This document shows, piece by piece, positions 32,160-41,140 of a stretch of 64,000 nt of DNA (position 1 is its first letter; the number at the start of each line of letters is the position of its first letter). Source of the stretch: Halarcobacter sp. (GTDB taxonomy: Bacteria > Campylobacterota > Campylobacteria > Campylobacterales > Arcobacteraceae). Made by a program: the position numbers and the translations under genes. The notes beneath the pieces are model-generated. The model saw nothing but the letters and a program-made list of their open reading frames with translations. It was not told where the DNA came from and searched no databases. The stretch lies in contig OY781089.1 of the NCBI GenBank assembly GCA_963676565.1, forward strand, positions 1,664,001-1,728,000, given 5' to 3'.

Positions 32160-33038
32160 ATGCAAAAAAAGAAAAATTCGCATACTGCATCTGTTCAAAA
32201 TGTTTCCGATACTGCTTTTTGGGTAGCTTCTTTTAGAGCCGCTGAGAGCAAAAGAGAAGATGCGCTGTTTCAAGACCCTCTTGCTAAGATATTAGTTGCC
32301 AATCACGGCGAAAAAATCTCTCATTCTATGCGCTCAGTGGCAAAATCTGCTTCATGGTCTGTGGTGATGCGTACACGATTAATAGATGAGATTATTTTAC
32401 GTTATATTAAACAAGGATATACAACACTCATCAATCTTGGAGCGGGTTTAGATACCAGAGCGTATCGACTTGAATTGCCTGATGATTTTCACTGGATAGA
32501 GATAGACTTTACTGAAGTTTTGGAGTTTAAAGAACAAAAGCTTAAAGGACAAAAACCAAAGTGTAAACTTCAACGCATAGCATGTGATCTCTCCAATCAC
32601 GCTCAAAGAAAAGCACTCTTTAAAAAGCTCGACACTAGGATAAGTCCTGCTCTTGTTTTATGTGAGGGGGTAATCATGTATCTTGATGAAGAGGGTGTGG
32701 GTGCTTTGTCAGAAGATATCAAAGAACAATCCAATTTCAAATTATGGATTGTGGATTATTATTCTACTGAGATTTACAAGATATACCAATCACCAAGATT
32801 TAAAAATCTCTTGAGCAACGCTCCTTTTTTGTTTTATCCATCAGATTGGTTTTCTTTTTTTAAAGAGTATGGCTGGATACAAAAAGAAATTTTGTACCTT
32901 TATGACATAGCTAAAGAACATAAGCGTTCTTTTCCTTTGCCATGGTGGGCAGTGCCTATAAAATTTATCCTTGGTGAAAAAAGGATGATGAAAAAGATAA
33001 AAAAATACACCGCCTTTGTTGTATTTGAAAAGGTGTAG
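32160..33038 (+). CDS. SAM-dependent methyltransferase (leucine-carboxyl-methyltransferase-like family)
   Basis: VSDTAFWVA..RA.ES, DPLA, NLGAGLDTRAYRL, WIEID, EGVIMYL. Confidence 0.9.
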   Translation: MQKKKNSHTASVQNVSDTAFWVASFRAAESKREDALFQDPLAKILVANHGEKISHSMRSVAKSASWSVVMRTRLIDEIILRYIKQGYTTLINLGAGLDTRAYRLELPDDFHWIEIDFTEVLEFKEQKLKGQKPKCKLQRIACDLSNHAQRKALFKKLDTRISPALVLCEGVIMYLDEEGVGALSEDIKEQSNFKLWIVDYYSTEIYKIYQSPRFKNLLSNAPFLFYPSDWFSFFKEYGWIQKEILYLYDIAKEHKRSFPLPWWAVPIKFILGEKRMMKKIKKYTAFVVFEKV

Positions 33039-33128
33039 ATGATTACTATCCAACTTATTTATACTGCAATAATGTACTATGTCTAAAAAATTTTAAAATG
33101 TATAATTTACCAAAAAGAAGGGTAAATT

Positions 33129-33713
33129 ATGAATATTGTATTTTTTCTACTATATTGTAGTTTGATGATAATAACACCAGGTCCCACTAATATTATGATT
33201 CTTACAACAGTGCACAATTATGGAGTCAAAAAAGCTTTTGAGTTTTCTGTTTGTGCATTATTTGCTTTTTTTGTATTATTAAGTATATCTGTTATTTTTA
33301 ATTCTATATTGATGAATTATTTGCCAAATATTATAGTTGTTTTACAGATAATTGGAGCTATTTATATGTTGTATTTAGCATATCAAATTTTTAAGATAAA
33401 TAATACTTCAAAAAAAGAAAATCAGTTTTCATCTTTTAAAACAGGTTTTTTTATGCAATTTGTTAATCCAAAACCAGTATTGTTTACATTGACTGTTTTT
33501 CCAAGTTTTATTTTGCCTTATTATACCTCTTTTTGGCATTTGACACTTTTTGTGTTATTGATTACAATTATTGCTTGTGTTGCTTTTTTATCATGGATTT
33601 TATTTGGAAAAGTGCTAAAATCTTTTTGGGATAGATATAATAAGCTAGTAAATAACATAATGGCAATATTTTTAATAATATGTGCTATTGCAATTTCAGG
33701 GATATTTAATTAA
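33129..33713 (+). CDS. LysE/RhtB family exporter
   Basis: ITPGPTN, GAIYMLYLAY, QFVNPK; hydrophobic. Confidence 0.92.
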   Translation: MNIVFFLLYCSLMIITPGPTNIMILTTVHNYGVKKAFEFSVCALFAFFVLLSISVIFNSILMNYLPNIIVVLQIIGAIYMLYLAYQIFKINNTSKKENQFSSFKTGFFMQFVNPKPVLFTLTVFPSFILPYYTSFWHLTLFVLLITIIACVAFLSWILFGKVLKSFWDRYNKLVNNIMAIFLIICAIAISGIFN

Positions 33714-33830
33714 ATGATTTATTATGAATAAAAGATAAAAGAGACATGTAGAATAAAATATTAAATTCAAGCAAGATATAATAAATCAATTAAAACAAAG
33801 GATAAAGGTGGAAACCTGATCCCTATCTAA

Positions 33831-34718
33831 TTATTGATAATTTATATAATAAGGTTTTTCCCAGATTTTTCTACCAAAACTCTCTTCAAAACCTAAAATT
33901 TCTTTTGGGCTCATGATTTTTGTATCAGTTTCATAAAATATTTTAAATCCACTTTTTGCAATATCTTGTTCTTCTTGAGTATAAAGATTATTGTAGATTT
34001 TTATTTTTACAGCAGGGTTTCCATGTCCATCAATATTATAGATTAGATTCACGTTATCAAATTTTTTAACTTCATCTTTTTTTCTTAACATTCTTTGATG
34101 AAACATATGAACTATCAACTCTTTTTTATTTAAATTATTCTCTTCAATATAATCATTTACTAATTTTTGAACTTCATTTAAATCATGGGCAAATATATGA
34201 CCAACATACCTTCCTGGTGGGTATCTTCTATGCTTTGGGATTTTAAATTCTGGATCAAGTGCTAAGTGTACATTATCATACTTAAGATATTTTAATACAA
34301 TTTTTACAGCTTCACTTGGGGTATTTGTTCCCATTTGAAGATCAATAATTACTTTAAACTCTTCCATTTTTGCTCTATTGATAAAATTCATTAAACTTTT
34401 ATGAGATAGTCTTAACATATAATCATTTCTTTTACCTGCATCAGGAGTAGCTAATCCATAGATTATATGAAATGCCATTTGAACTTCAAAGTTATCACCT
34501 AACTCTTTTTCATAAAATGATTTTTTATCATGCATCTTTTTGACTAGTGCATCTAAATTACTTTGACCTAATACACCAAGAGATTTAGTGTTTGGTCTTC
34601 CATAAAAACCTATTAAGATTTTTTCTTTTTCTATAGTTGTTTTTATTGTATTATTTGCAAAAATATTGTCCACAAAAAATAATATAAAAAGTGCTAATAT
34701 TTTTATAATCTTCCCCAT
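33831..34718 (-). CDS. Hypothetical exported protein
   Basis: Signal peptide; FYGRP, IIDLQ, LALDPEF, IDGHG; start may be 34718, 34724 or 34733. Confidence 0.75.
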   Translation of the reverse strand: MGKIIKILALFILFFVDNIFANNTIKTTIEKEKILIGFYGRPNTKSLGVLGQSNLDALVKKMHDKKSFYEKELGDNFEVQMAFHIIYGLATPDAGKRNDYMLRLSHKSLMNFINRAKMEEFKVIIDLQMGTNTPSEAVKIVLKYLKYDNVHLALDPEFKIPKHRRYPPGRYVGHIFAHDLNEVQKLVNDYIEENNLNKKELIVHMFHQRMLRKKDEVKKFDNVNLIYNIDGHGNPAVKIKIYNNLYTQEEQDIAKSGFKIFYETDTKIMSPKEILGFEESFGRKIWEKPYYINYQ

Positions 34719-34910
34719 TATCATTTTCCCCAAAACATTTTAAAGTTGGAAGTATAATCTAATAGAATAAAATCTAATTTAATCAAGATTAATATTCTTG
34801 TTTTTTTGACAGATTTATTAAAATTAAAAAGTATAATACTAATTAATGGATATTACATAATAGCTTTGGTATGATGCAAATCCTTAATCTCTAAATATAT
34901 TAGGATACTA

Positions 34911-35594
34911 TTGAATTTAAAACAAATAAGCATGGCAATTTATGCCACATATCTAACAAATAGTTATGGATTTAAACTAAAAAAAGCAAAAACTTCAAAA
35001 GAAAGAATAAGTCTAAGGGAAGAGTATTCTAAAACACTTTTAAATAAGTTAAATATAAGTGTAGAAGTATTAAACGAAGAGGCAATACCTAAAGAGGGTA
35101 AATATCTTTTAATATCAAATCATAGAAGTATTATCGACCCATTGATTATCGAGTTAGCTTTAGAAAAAAGCGGTATCAATGGTTTTTGGGTTTCAAAAAA
35201 AGAACTATATGACTCTTTTTTCTTTGGCTCATTTGTTAAAAATGCTGGTTCTATTCTTTTAGATAGAGAAGCTTCAAATATGTCATCTTTTTTTAAAGAG
35301 ACTAAAGAGGTTGTAAAAGAAGGTCACTCAATTTATATCTTTCCTGAAGGTACAAGAAACAAAGAAAATACACCACTTAGTTCTTTTAAAGATGGTTCAA
35401 GAATTATTGCTTTAAAAAATAGGCTTGATATCTTACCTGTATATATAAAAACAAATGCAAATGAAGTATTAAAAGAAGCTATAAATAAAAGAACAAAAAA
35501 TTTAAAAATAAAAATCCAAATTGGAGAGATTATCTCTTATAAAGATAAAACACCCCTTGAAGAAAACTATAAAAATCAGTTTTCAATAATTTAA
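34911..35594 (+). CDS. plsC: 1-acyl-sn-glycerol-3-phosphate acyltransferase family (TTG start)
   Basis: NHRSIID (HxxxxD), KKEL, FPEGTR. Confidence 0.88.
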   Translation: MNLKQISMAIYATYLTNSYGFKLKKAKTSKERISLREEYSKTLLNKLNISVEVLNEEAIPKEGKYLLISNHRSIIDPLIIELALEKSGINGFWVSKKELYDSFFFGSFVKNAGSILLDREASNMSSFFKETKEVVKEGHSIYIFPEGTRNKENTPLSSFKDGSRIIALKNRLDILPVYIKTNANEVLKEAINKRTKNLKIKIQIGEIISYKDKTPLEENYKNQFSII

Positions 35595-35668
35595 TTTAAA
35601 AATATCACTTCACACAGAGTAAACATTTATGTGATATATTTCCATTATAAAGTTTTAAAGGATTTATT

Positions 35669-36847
35669 ATGATTGCAGAAATAGTATTTGCTGCAGGGTG
35701 TTTTTGGGGTGTTGAAAAACATTTTGAATCAATTCCTGGAGTAGTTGATGTAAAATCTGGATATGTTGGTGGTAATTATGAAAATCCAACATATAAAAAA
35801 GTATTAAAATATAGAATGTCAAATGATAAAACTATAGTAAACTATACTGAAGGTGTTCTTGTAAAGTTTGATAAAGAAAAGATTGATGCAAAGGCACTTA
35901 TAAAATCTTTTTGGGAAATTCATGATCCAACACAGTTAAACCGTCAAGGTAATGATATTGGAAACAATTATAGAAGTGCAATTTTTTATACAAACGATTA
36001 TCAAAAAGAAACTGCACTTAATACAAAAGTAAAATATCAAAAACTTCTAGAACAGGCTGATTATGGTAAGATAGTTACACAAATACAACCTTTAAAAAAG
36101 TTTTGGGAAGCTGAAAATTATCACCAAGACTATTTAAAAAATAACCCAAATGGCTATTGTCCAAATCATGCTACAGGGGTGAAATTTGAACCTGAAAAGA
36201 TAAGTTATCCTGATTTGATCCCTTTAGGAAATAAAGAGATTATTGTAGTTGAATCAGAAGGTTATTGCCCTTATTGTGAAAAATTTGAAAAAGATGTTTT
36301 ATCCTCTTATAAAGGGACACTTCCTATAAGAAAAGCAGTTTCAAAACAATTGGATAAATTTGAAATAAAAACAAAACTATATGCAACACCAACAATTTTA
36401 TTTATTGAAGATGGAAAAGAGGTATTCTCTCACAAAGGTTACTTAAGTAATAAAGAGTTTTATGAGGTCTTTGGAAAGTTCAAATTAGGTGAGGATACTG
36501 AAAGTTTCAACGTAGCTTTTAACAAAGGCACTGACAATAGGTTTTGTAAACAGTATGAAATTTTTAAAAATACTCCTGATGGAGTCTTTGTAGATAAATT
36601 GTCAGGTGAAATTTTATTTGATACAAAAGATAGATTTAATTCAGGTACTGGATGGTTAAGTTTTTACAAAGCAGTTGATGGTTCAACTATTGAAAAAACT
36701 GATTTAAGTTATGGAATGATTAGAACAGAAGTATTAGCTAAAAAAAGTGGAATTCATTTAGGTCATGTTTTTGATGAGATGGGGCATAGAAGATTTTGTA
36801 TCAATGCAACAGTTTTAGATTTTGTTCCAAGAGATGAGGTGCAATAG
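35669..36847 (+). CDS. msrAB: Methionine sulfoxide reductase fusion MsrA - thioredoxin-like - MsrB
   Basis: AGCFWG, HDPTQLNRQGND, AENYHQDY (MsrA); CPYC..TPT (Trx fold); SGTGWLSF, HLGHVF, RFCIN (MsrB). Confidence 0.92.
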   Translation: MIAEIVFAAGCFWGVEKHFESIPGVVDVKSGYVGGNYENPTYKKVLKYRMSNDKTIVNYTEGVLVKFDKEKIDAKALIKSFWEIHDPTQLNRQGNDIGNNYRSAIFYTNDYQKETALNTKVKYQKLLEQADYGKIVTQIQPLKKFWEAENYHQDYLKNNPNGYCPNHATGVKFEPEKISYPDLIPLGNKEIIVVESEGYCPYCEKFEKDVLSSYKGTLPIRKAVSKQLDKFEIKTKLYATPTILFIEDGKEVFSHKGYLSNKEFYEVFGKFKLGEDTESFNVAFNKGTDNRFCKQYEIFKNTPDGVFVDKLSGEILFDTKDRFNSGTGWLSFYKAVDGSTIEKTDLSYGMIRTEVLAKKSGIHLGHVFDEMGHRRFCINATVLDFVPRDEVQ

Positions 36848-37534
36848 TTGCCTGGACGTTTAGCTATTTTTGATGATAAAAAATTTAAAGAGGACTCAAA
36901 AGATTTAATAAAAAATGATATGGTTGGGGCTTTATTGCCAAAATATAATATAGCTCCAACTTTACCAATACCTACACTTTTAAACAATGGAAACTATTTA
37001 TATAGCCATTTTGGATATCTACCTTCATGGGCAAAAGATAAAAAAAGTATGAATATAAACGCAAGAAGTGAGTCTATCTTTGAAAAACTTACCTTTAGGG
37101 ATTCTTTTCGATATAGACGTTGTATTATCCCAATAAATGGCTTTTTTGAGTGGGAAGTAGAAGATAAACAGAAAACTCCATATTTTGTAAAAGATAGCAA
37201 AAATGATTATTTAGCAATTGCTGGGGTTTGGGATGAGTATTTTGATATTGATTTAAACATGAAAATAGTTACTGTCGCCTTAATTACTTGTGATGCAAAC
37301 GAAAAGTTAGGAAAGATTCATCACCGTATGCCAGTAGTATTAGAAAAAAAAGATTTTTCTAAATGGTTATATAGTGAAAATCTAAAAGAGATTAATTCAC
37401 TTTTTAATATATATCCAAGTGAAAATCTTGACCTTTACGAAGTTTCATCAAATGTAAATAAAGTTTTATTTGATGAACCCTCGTGTATTAAAAGCTTAGA
37501 AAAAGTAGAAATAGGGCAAAAAACTCTATTTTAG
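36848..37534 (+). CDS. SOS response-associated peptidase (SRAP/YedK/HMCES) family, Pro2 variant (TTG start)
   Basis: YNIAPT, PSWAK, INARSE, RRCIIP.NGFFEW, IHHRMPV; GAGGT SD 7 nt before TTG. Confidence 0.9.
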   Translation: MPGRLAIFDDKKFKEDSKDLIKNDMVGALLPKYNIAPTLPIPTLLNNGNYLYSHFGYLPSWAKDKKSMNINARSESIFEKLTFRDSFRYRRCIIPINGFFEWEVEDKQKTPYFVKDSKNDYLAIAGVWDEYFDIDLNMKIVTVALITCDANEKLGKIHHRMPVVLEKKDFSKWLYSENLKEINSLFNIYPSENLDLYEVSSNVNKVLFDEPSCIKSLEKVEIGQKTLF

Positions 37535-38071
37535 TAGTTCTACAATTTTTGCTTCAATCTCTTCAGGAGTGGTTATTGAACCATATCTTTCAACTATTTT
37601 TCCATTTTTATCAATTAGAAATTTTGTAAAATTCCATTTTATAGCTTCTGTCCCTGCAAAACCAGGTGCATTTTCTTTTAAGTAAACATATAGTGGGTCA
37701 GCATTCTCTCCATTTACATCAATTTTTGCAAACATATCAAATTTTACTCCAAAAGTTAGAGTACAAAACTCTTGAATTTGTTTATTTGTTCCTGGTTCTT
37801 GGTTAGCAAATTGATTTGATGGAAAACCTAAAACCATAAACTTTTTGTCTTTGTATTTATCAAAAAGTTTTTCCAATCCTTCATATTGATTTGTAAAACC
37901 ACATTTACTAGCAACATTTACAATAAGTAAAACCTTGTCTTTATACTTAGACAGTGAGATCTCTTTACCTTCTATATCTTTTACTTTAAAGTCATAAATA
38001 CTCATTTCCTTCCCTTTTGCTAATGAAAATGACAAACTTAATACAAGTGCCATTAATATTTTTAATATCAT
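37526..38071 (-). CDS. Glutathione peroxidase family (Cys type) with N-terminal signal peptide
   Basis: NVASKCG, GFPSNQF..QEPG, IKWNFTKFL. Confidence 0.95.
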   Translation of the reverse strand: MILKILMALVLSLSFSLAKGKEMSIYDFKVKDIEGKEISLSKYKDKVLLIVNVASKCGFTNQYEGLEKLFDKYKDKKFMVLGFPSNQFANQEPGTNKQIQEFCTLTFGVKFDMFAKIDVNGENADPLYVYLKENAPGFAGTEAIKWNFTKFLIDKNGKIVERYGSITTPEEIEAKIVELLK

Positions 38072-38138
38072 TTTAAATCCTTTTTTGAATTTTATCCATA
38101 TTTAAAATCTTTTAGTATAGATTTTTGATTAGTTAATA

Positions 38139-38636
38139 CTAAAAAAAGATATTTTTACCCATGATAACATCATCATGGTCAACAAATCTATTACAATTTA
38201 TGCCCTCTAGTGCTATACAAATATTTTGCCATTGTTTAGAGTGTCCTCCATTTTCATCTGTAAAGTTTCCTTTTACAAACATTAATGCATGGGCATACTC
38301 ATGGGGTAATACATCATTTATCATATATTCAGAACTCTCTTTAAATCTTTTTTTATTTAGATATATTGATATTTGTCCATTATTCGAATAAGTTGCTGCA
38401 CCAAAAAGTTTTGAGGGCATTTTATCGGAGATAATTAAAGGAATCTTTTTATTTATTCCAAATTTTTGATAGCTTAGTTTTTCAAGATAATATTGTTTCT
38501 GTTTAACTTTTTGAACTATTTTTTCATCAAGGGGATTGTTTTTGAAGTTGTAAGTATTAATCCATGAGTAGATTAAAAAAATCGAACCTAAGATTGTAAC
38601 ACCTAAGAAAAAGTAGTTCAATTTTTTTAAAAACAT
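38139..38636 (-). CDS. SprT-like zinc metallopeptidase, membrane-anchored
   Basis: N-terminal TM; HEYAH (HExxH), GGH...WQ. Confidence 0.85.
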   Translation of the reverse strand: MFLKKLNYFFLGVTILGSIFLIYSWINTYNFKNNPLDEKIVQKVKQKQYYLEKLSYQKFGINKKIPLIISDKMPSKLFGAATYSNNGQISIYLNKKRFKESSEYMINDVLPHEYAHALMFVKGNFTDENGGHSKQWQNICIALEGINCNRFVDHDDVIMGKNIFF

Positions 38637-38645
38637 CTTACTCTC

Positions 38646-39155
38646 CTAATTAGGAAATGCCTTTAAAAGTACATCTTTATAATGATTTAGTTTTTGCATT
38701 AATCCATCACCGTGATTATTGATATCAGGATGGTACTTTTTAGCTAACTCTTTATATCTTTTTTTTATTTCATCTCTTGTAGGATCACTAGTAAACCCGA
38801 AAAAATCTTTTGCTTCACTAAGTTCAGATAAAGAGTTAAAGCCTCCTTGTCCAAAATTACCTTGATTAAATCCACCTTGTCTAAATCTCTCTTCAAAGTC
38901 TCTAAAATCAAAACCACTATTGCTACTTGAATTTGAACTAAAATCTTGACCATTAAATGTGAATCTAAAACCTTGATTATGGACTTGTTCTTTAAACTTC
39001 TTTTTAAACTGATAAAAAGCGTAATAAGCAATTGCAATTAAAACAAAAATTATAATTAAAAATGTTCCAAAATTTGTAAAAATCAAATAAAGTATTCCAA
39101 AAAATATTCCCCATTTGATTAAACTGTTAATAATATATGCTAATTCTCTACCCAT
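38646..39155 (-). CDS. Membrane protein with G/F-rich linker and C-terminal J-domain
   Basis: Two N-terminal TM segments; EIKKRYKELAKKYHPD. Confidence 0.88.
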   Translation of the reverse strand: MGRELAYIINSLIKWGIFFGILYLIFTNFGTFLIIIFVLIAIAYYAFYQFKKKFKEQVHNQGFRFTFNGQDFSSNSSSNSGFDFRDFEERFRQGGFNQGNFGQGGFNSLSELSEAKDFFGFTSDPTRDEIKKRYKELAKKYHPDINNHGDGLMQKLNHYKDVLLKAFPN

Positions 39156-39237
39156 ATGTTGTAAATAACCTTAAAATTTTTGAATTTGATTATACTATTT
39201 TTACCCTTTTAATGTGTTTCTTTTGTGTAGTTTTTTC

Positions 39238-39311
39238 TTGTCATATGATATTTGTGTGATAAAACTGTTGACATATGCTTAAAAGTTGTTTAAATAATAA
39301 ACATATGACAA
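39238..39311 (+). promoter_or_regulatory. Three CATATG-centred palindromic sites at 30-bp spacing overlapping the lactate permease promoter
   Basis: CATATG at 39242, 39272, 39302; TTGTCATATG and CATATGACAA are mutual inverted repeats; TTGACA at 39268. Confidence 0.6.
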
Positions 39312-39372
39312 TTTATCATGCGTTTTTCATTTCCTTGATTTATCATTTTACTAACGAAAGAAGGAGAATGAG

Positions 39373-41064
39373 ATGGAAATAGGTACACAAGCCTTTTTTG
39401 CAGCATTACCAATTATTGTTGCTGCAATTCTTTTAGTTGGTTTTAGATTACCAGCTAAAAAAGCTATGCCAGTTGTATATTTAGTTACTACAGCTGTTGC
39501 ATTATATGTTTGGGAAGTTACATTCAACAGAGTATTAGCTTCTACTATTCAAGGGCTATTAATCACAATAGCAGTTTTATGGATTATCTTTGGTGCGATT
39601 TTATTGTTAAATACTTTAAAACACTCAGGTGCTATTAAAGTAATTAGACAAGGTTTTAACAATATCTCTCCAGATAGAAGAATTCAAGTTGTAATTATTG
39701 CATGGTTATTTGGTTCATTTATTGAAGGTGCTTCTGGATTTGGAACACCTGCTGCAATTGCCGCACCACTAATGGTTGCAATTGGATTCCCTGCAATGGC
39801 AGCAGTAATGGTTGGTATGATGATTCAATCAACTCCTGTATCATTTGGGGCAGTTGGTACTCCAATTTTAATTGGTGTAAATAAAGGTTTAGATTCTGAA
39901 GGTATTGGGGCAACACTACAAGGTTTAGGCTCTAATTGGGAAGCATATTTACAAATCATTACAAGTGAAGTTGCAATTGTACATGCTATTACAGGTACAT
40001 TGATTCCTTTATTTATGATAATGATGATGACAAGATTTTTTGGTAAAAATAAATCTTGGACAGAAGGTTTATCAGCAATTCCATTTGCTATTTTTGGTGG
40101 TTTAGCATTTACAATTCCTTATGCCTTAACAGGTGTATTCTTAGGAGCTGAATTCCCATCATTAATTGGTGCTTTAGTTGGACTTGCAATTGTTACAACA
40201 GCAGCTAAAAAAGGTTTCTTAGTTCCTAAAAACACTTGGGATTTTGCACCAAAAGAAGAGTGGCCAGTTCATTGGGTATCTAAATTAGAAATTAAAATGG
40301 ATGCAATGAATGAAAAAGTTGATATGTCTTTAACTAGAGCATGGATTCCTTATTTATTAGTTGCTGCAATTTTAGTTTTAACTAGAGTAAGTTCGGATGC
40401 TATGGCAATCGCAAAATCTTGGGTTATCCCATTTAAAGATATTTTAGGAGAAGGTTTAGGTTATTCTATTGTTCCATTATATCTTCCAGGTGGTATTTTA
40501 GTATTTGTTGTATTGGTTACTTACTTCTTACATAGAATGGAATTTAAAGAGATGAAAGAAGCATTAAGTGAATCTTCAAAGGTTATGCTAGGAGCTGGAT
40601 TTGTACTTATATTTACAATTCCTCTTGTTAGAATTTTAATTAACTCAGGTGTAAACGCAGCAGGATTTGATTCTATGCCTGTAGCAATGGCAAACTGGGT
40701 AGCAACATCAGTGGGTGATATTTATCCATTATTTGCACCAATGGTTGGGGCATTAGGAGCATTTATTGCTGGGTCTAATACTGTTTCAAACATGATGTTA
40801 TCTCAGTTCCAATTTGGAGTTGCTGATGCTTTAAGTATTTCAACTGCATTTATGGTTGCACTTCAAGCAGTCGGAGCAGCAGCAGGTAATATGATTGCTA
40901 TTCACAATGTTGTTGCAGCAAGTGCAACGGTTGGTTTACTTGACCAAGAGGGTGAAACATTGAGAAGAACAATTATCCCTACAATTTATTATTGTTTAGT
41001 AGCTGGTATTATAGGACTTATTGGTATGTATGTTCTAGGGCTTGCTGATCCATTAATGAAATAA
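39373..41064 (+). CDS. lctP: L-lactate permease family (LctP/GlcA)
   Basis: [38 protein letters not shown]. Confidence 0.92.
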   Translation: MEIGTQAFFAALPIIVAAILLVGFRLPAKKAMPVVYLVTTAVALYVWEVTFNRVLASTIQGLLITIAVLWIIFGAILLLNTLKHSGAIKVIRQGFNNISPDRRIQVVIIAWLFGSFIEGASGFGTPAAIAAPLMVAIGFPAMAAVMVGMMIQSTPVSFGAVGTPILIGVNKGLDSEGIGATLQGLGSNWEAYLQIITSEVAIVHAITGTLIPLFMIMMMTRFFGKNKSWTEGLSAIPFAIFGGLAFTIPYALTGVFLGAEFPSLIGALVGLAIVTTAAKKGFLVPKNTWDFAPKEEWPVHWVSKLEIKMDAMNEKVDMSLTRAWIPYLLVAAILVLTRVSSDAMAIAKSWVIPFKDILGEGLGYSIVPLYLPGGILVFVVLVTYFLHRMEFKEMKEALSESSKVMLGAGFVLIFTIPLVRILINSGVNAAGFDSMPVAMANWVATSVGDIYPLFAPMVGALGAFIAGSNTVSNMMLSQFQFGVADALSISTAFMVALQAVGAAAGNMIAIHNVVAASATVGLLDQEGETLRRTIIPTIYYCLVAGIIGLIGMYVLGLADPLMK

Positions 41065-41083
41065 AAACTTAATCACTTACAAA

Positions 41084-41140
41084 AGTGTCCAAAAAGTAAA
41101 ATGAGGGTATAATTGCCCTCATTTTTTTTAAAGGGACACT
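41084..41140 (+). terminator. Hairpin after lctP overlapping the bioA promoter and SD
   Basis: AAAATGAGGG-TATAATTG-CCCTCATTTT plus T tract; outer AGTGTCC/GGACACT. Confidence 0.6.

Noticed and set aside
37526..38071. Selenocysteine recoding in gpx or msrAB
   Set aside because: Active sites are ordinary Cys codons with no in-frame TGA
38860..38960. GGFNQGNFGQGGFN low-complexity repeat
   Set aside because: Ordinary G/F-rich linker of a J-domain protein
39238..39311. 30-bp periodic repeat considered as a mini CRISPR or iteron array
   Set aside because: Conserved core is only 6-10 bp, three copies, no cas or rep genes; fits an operator array better
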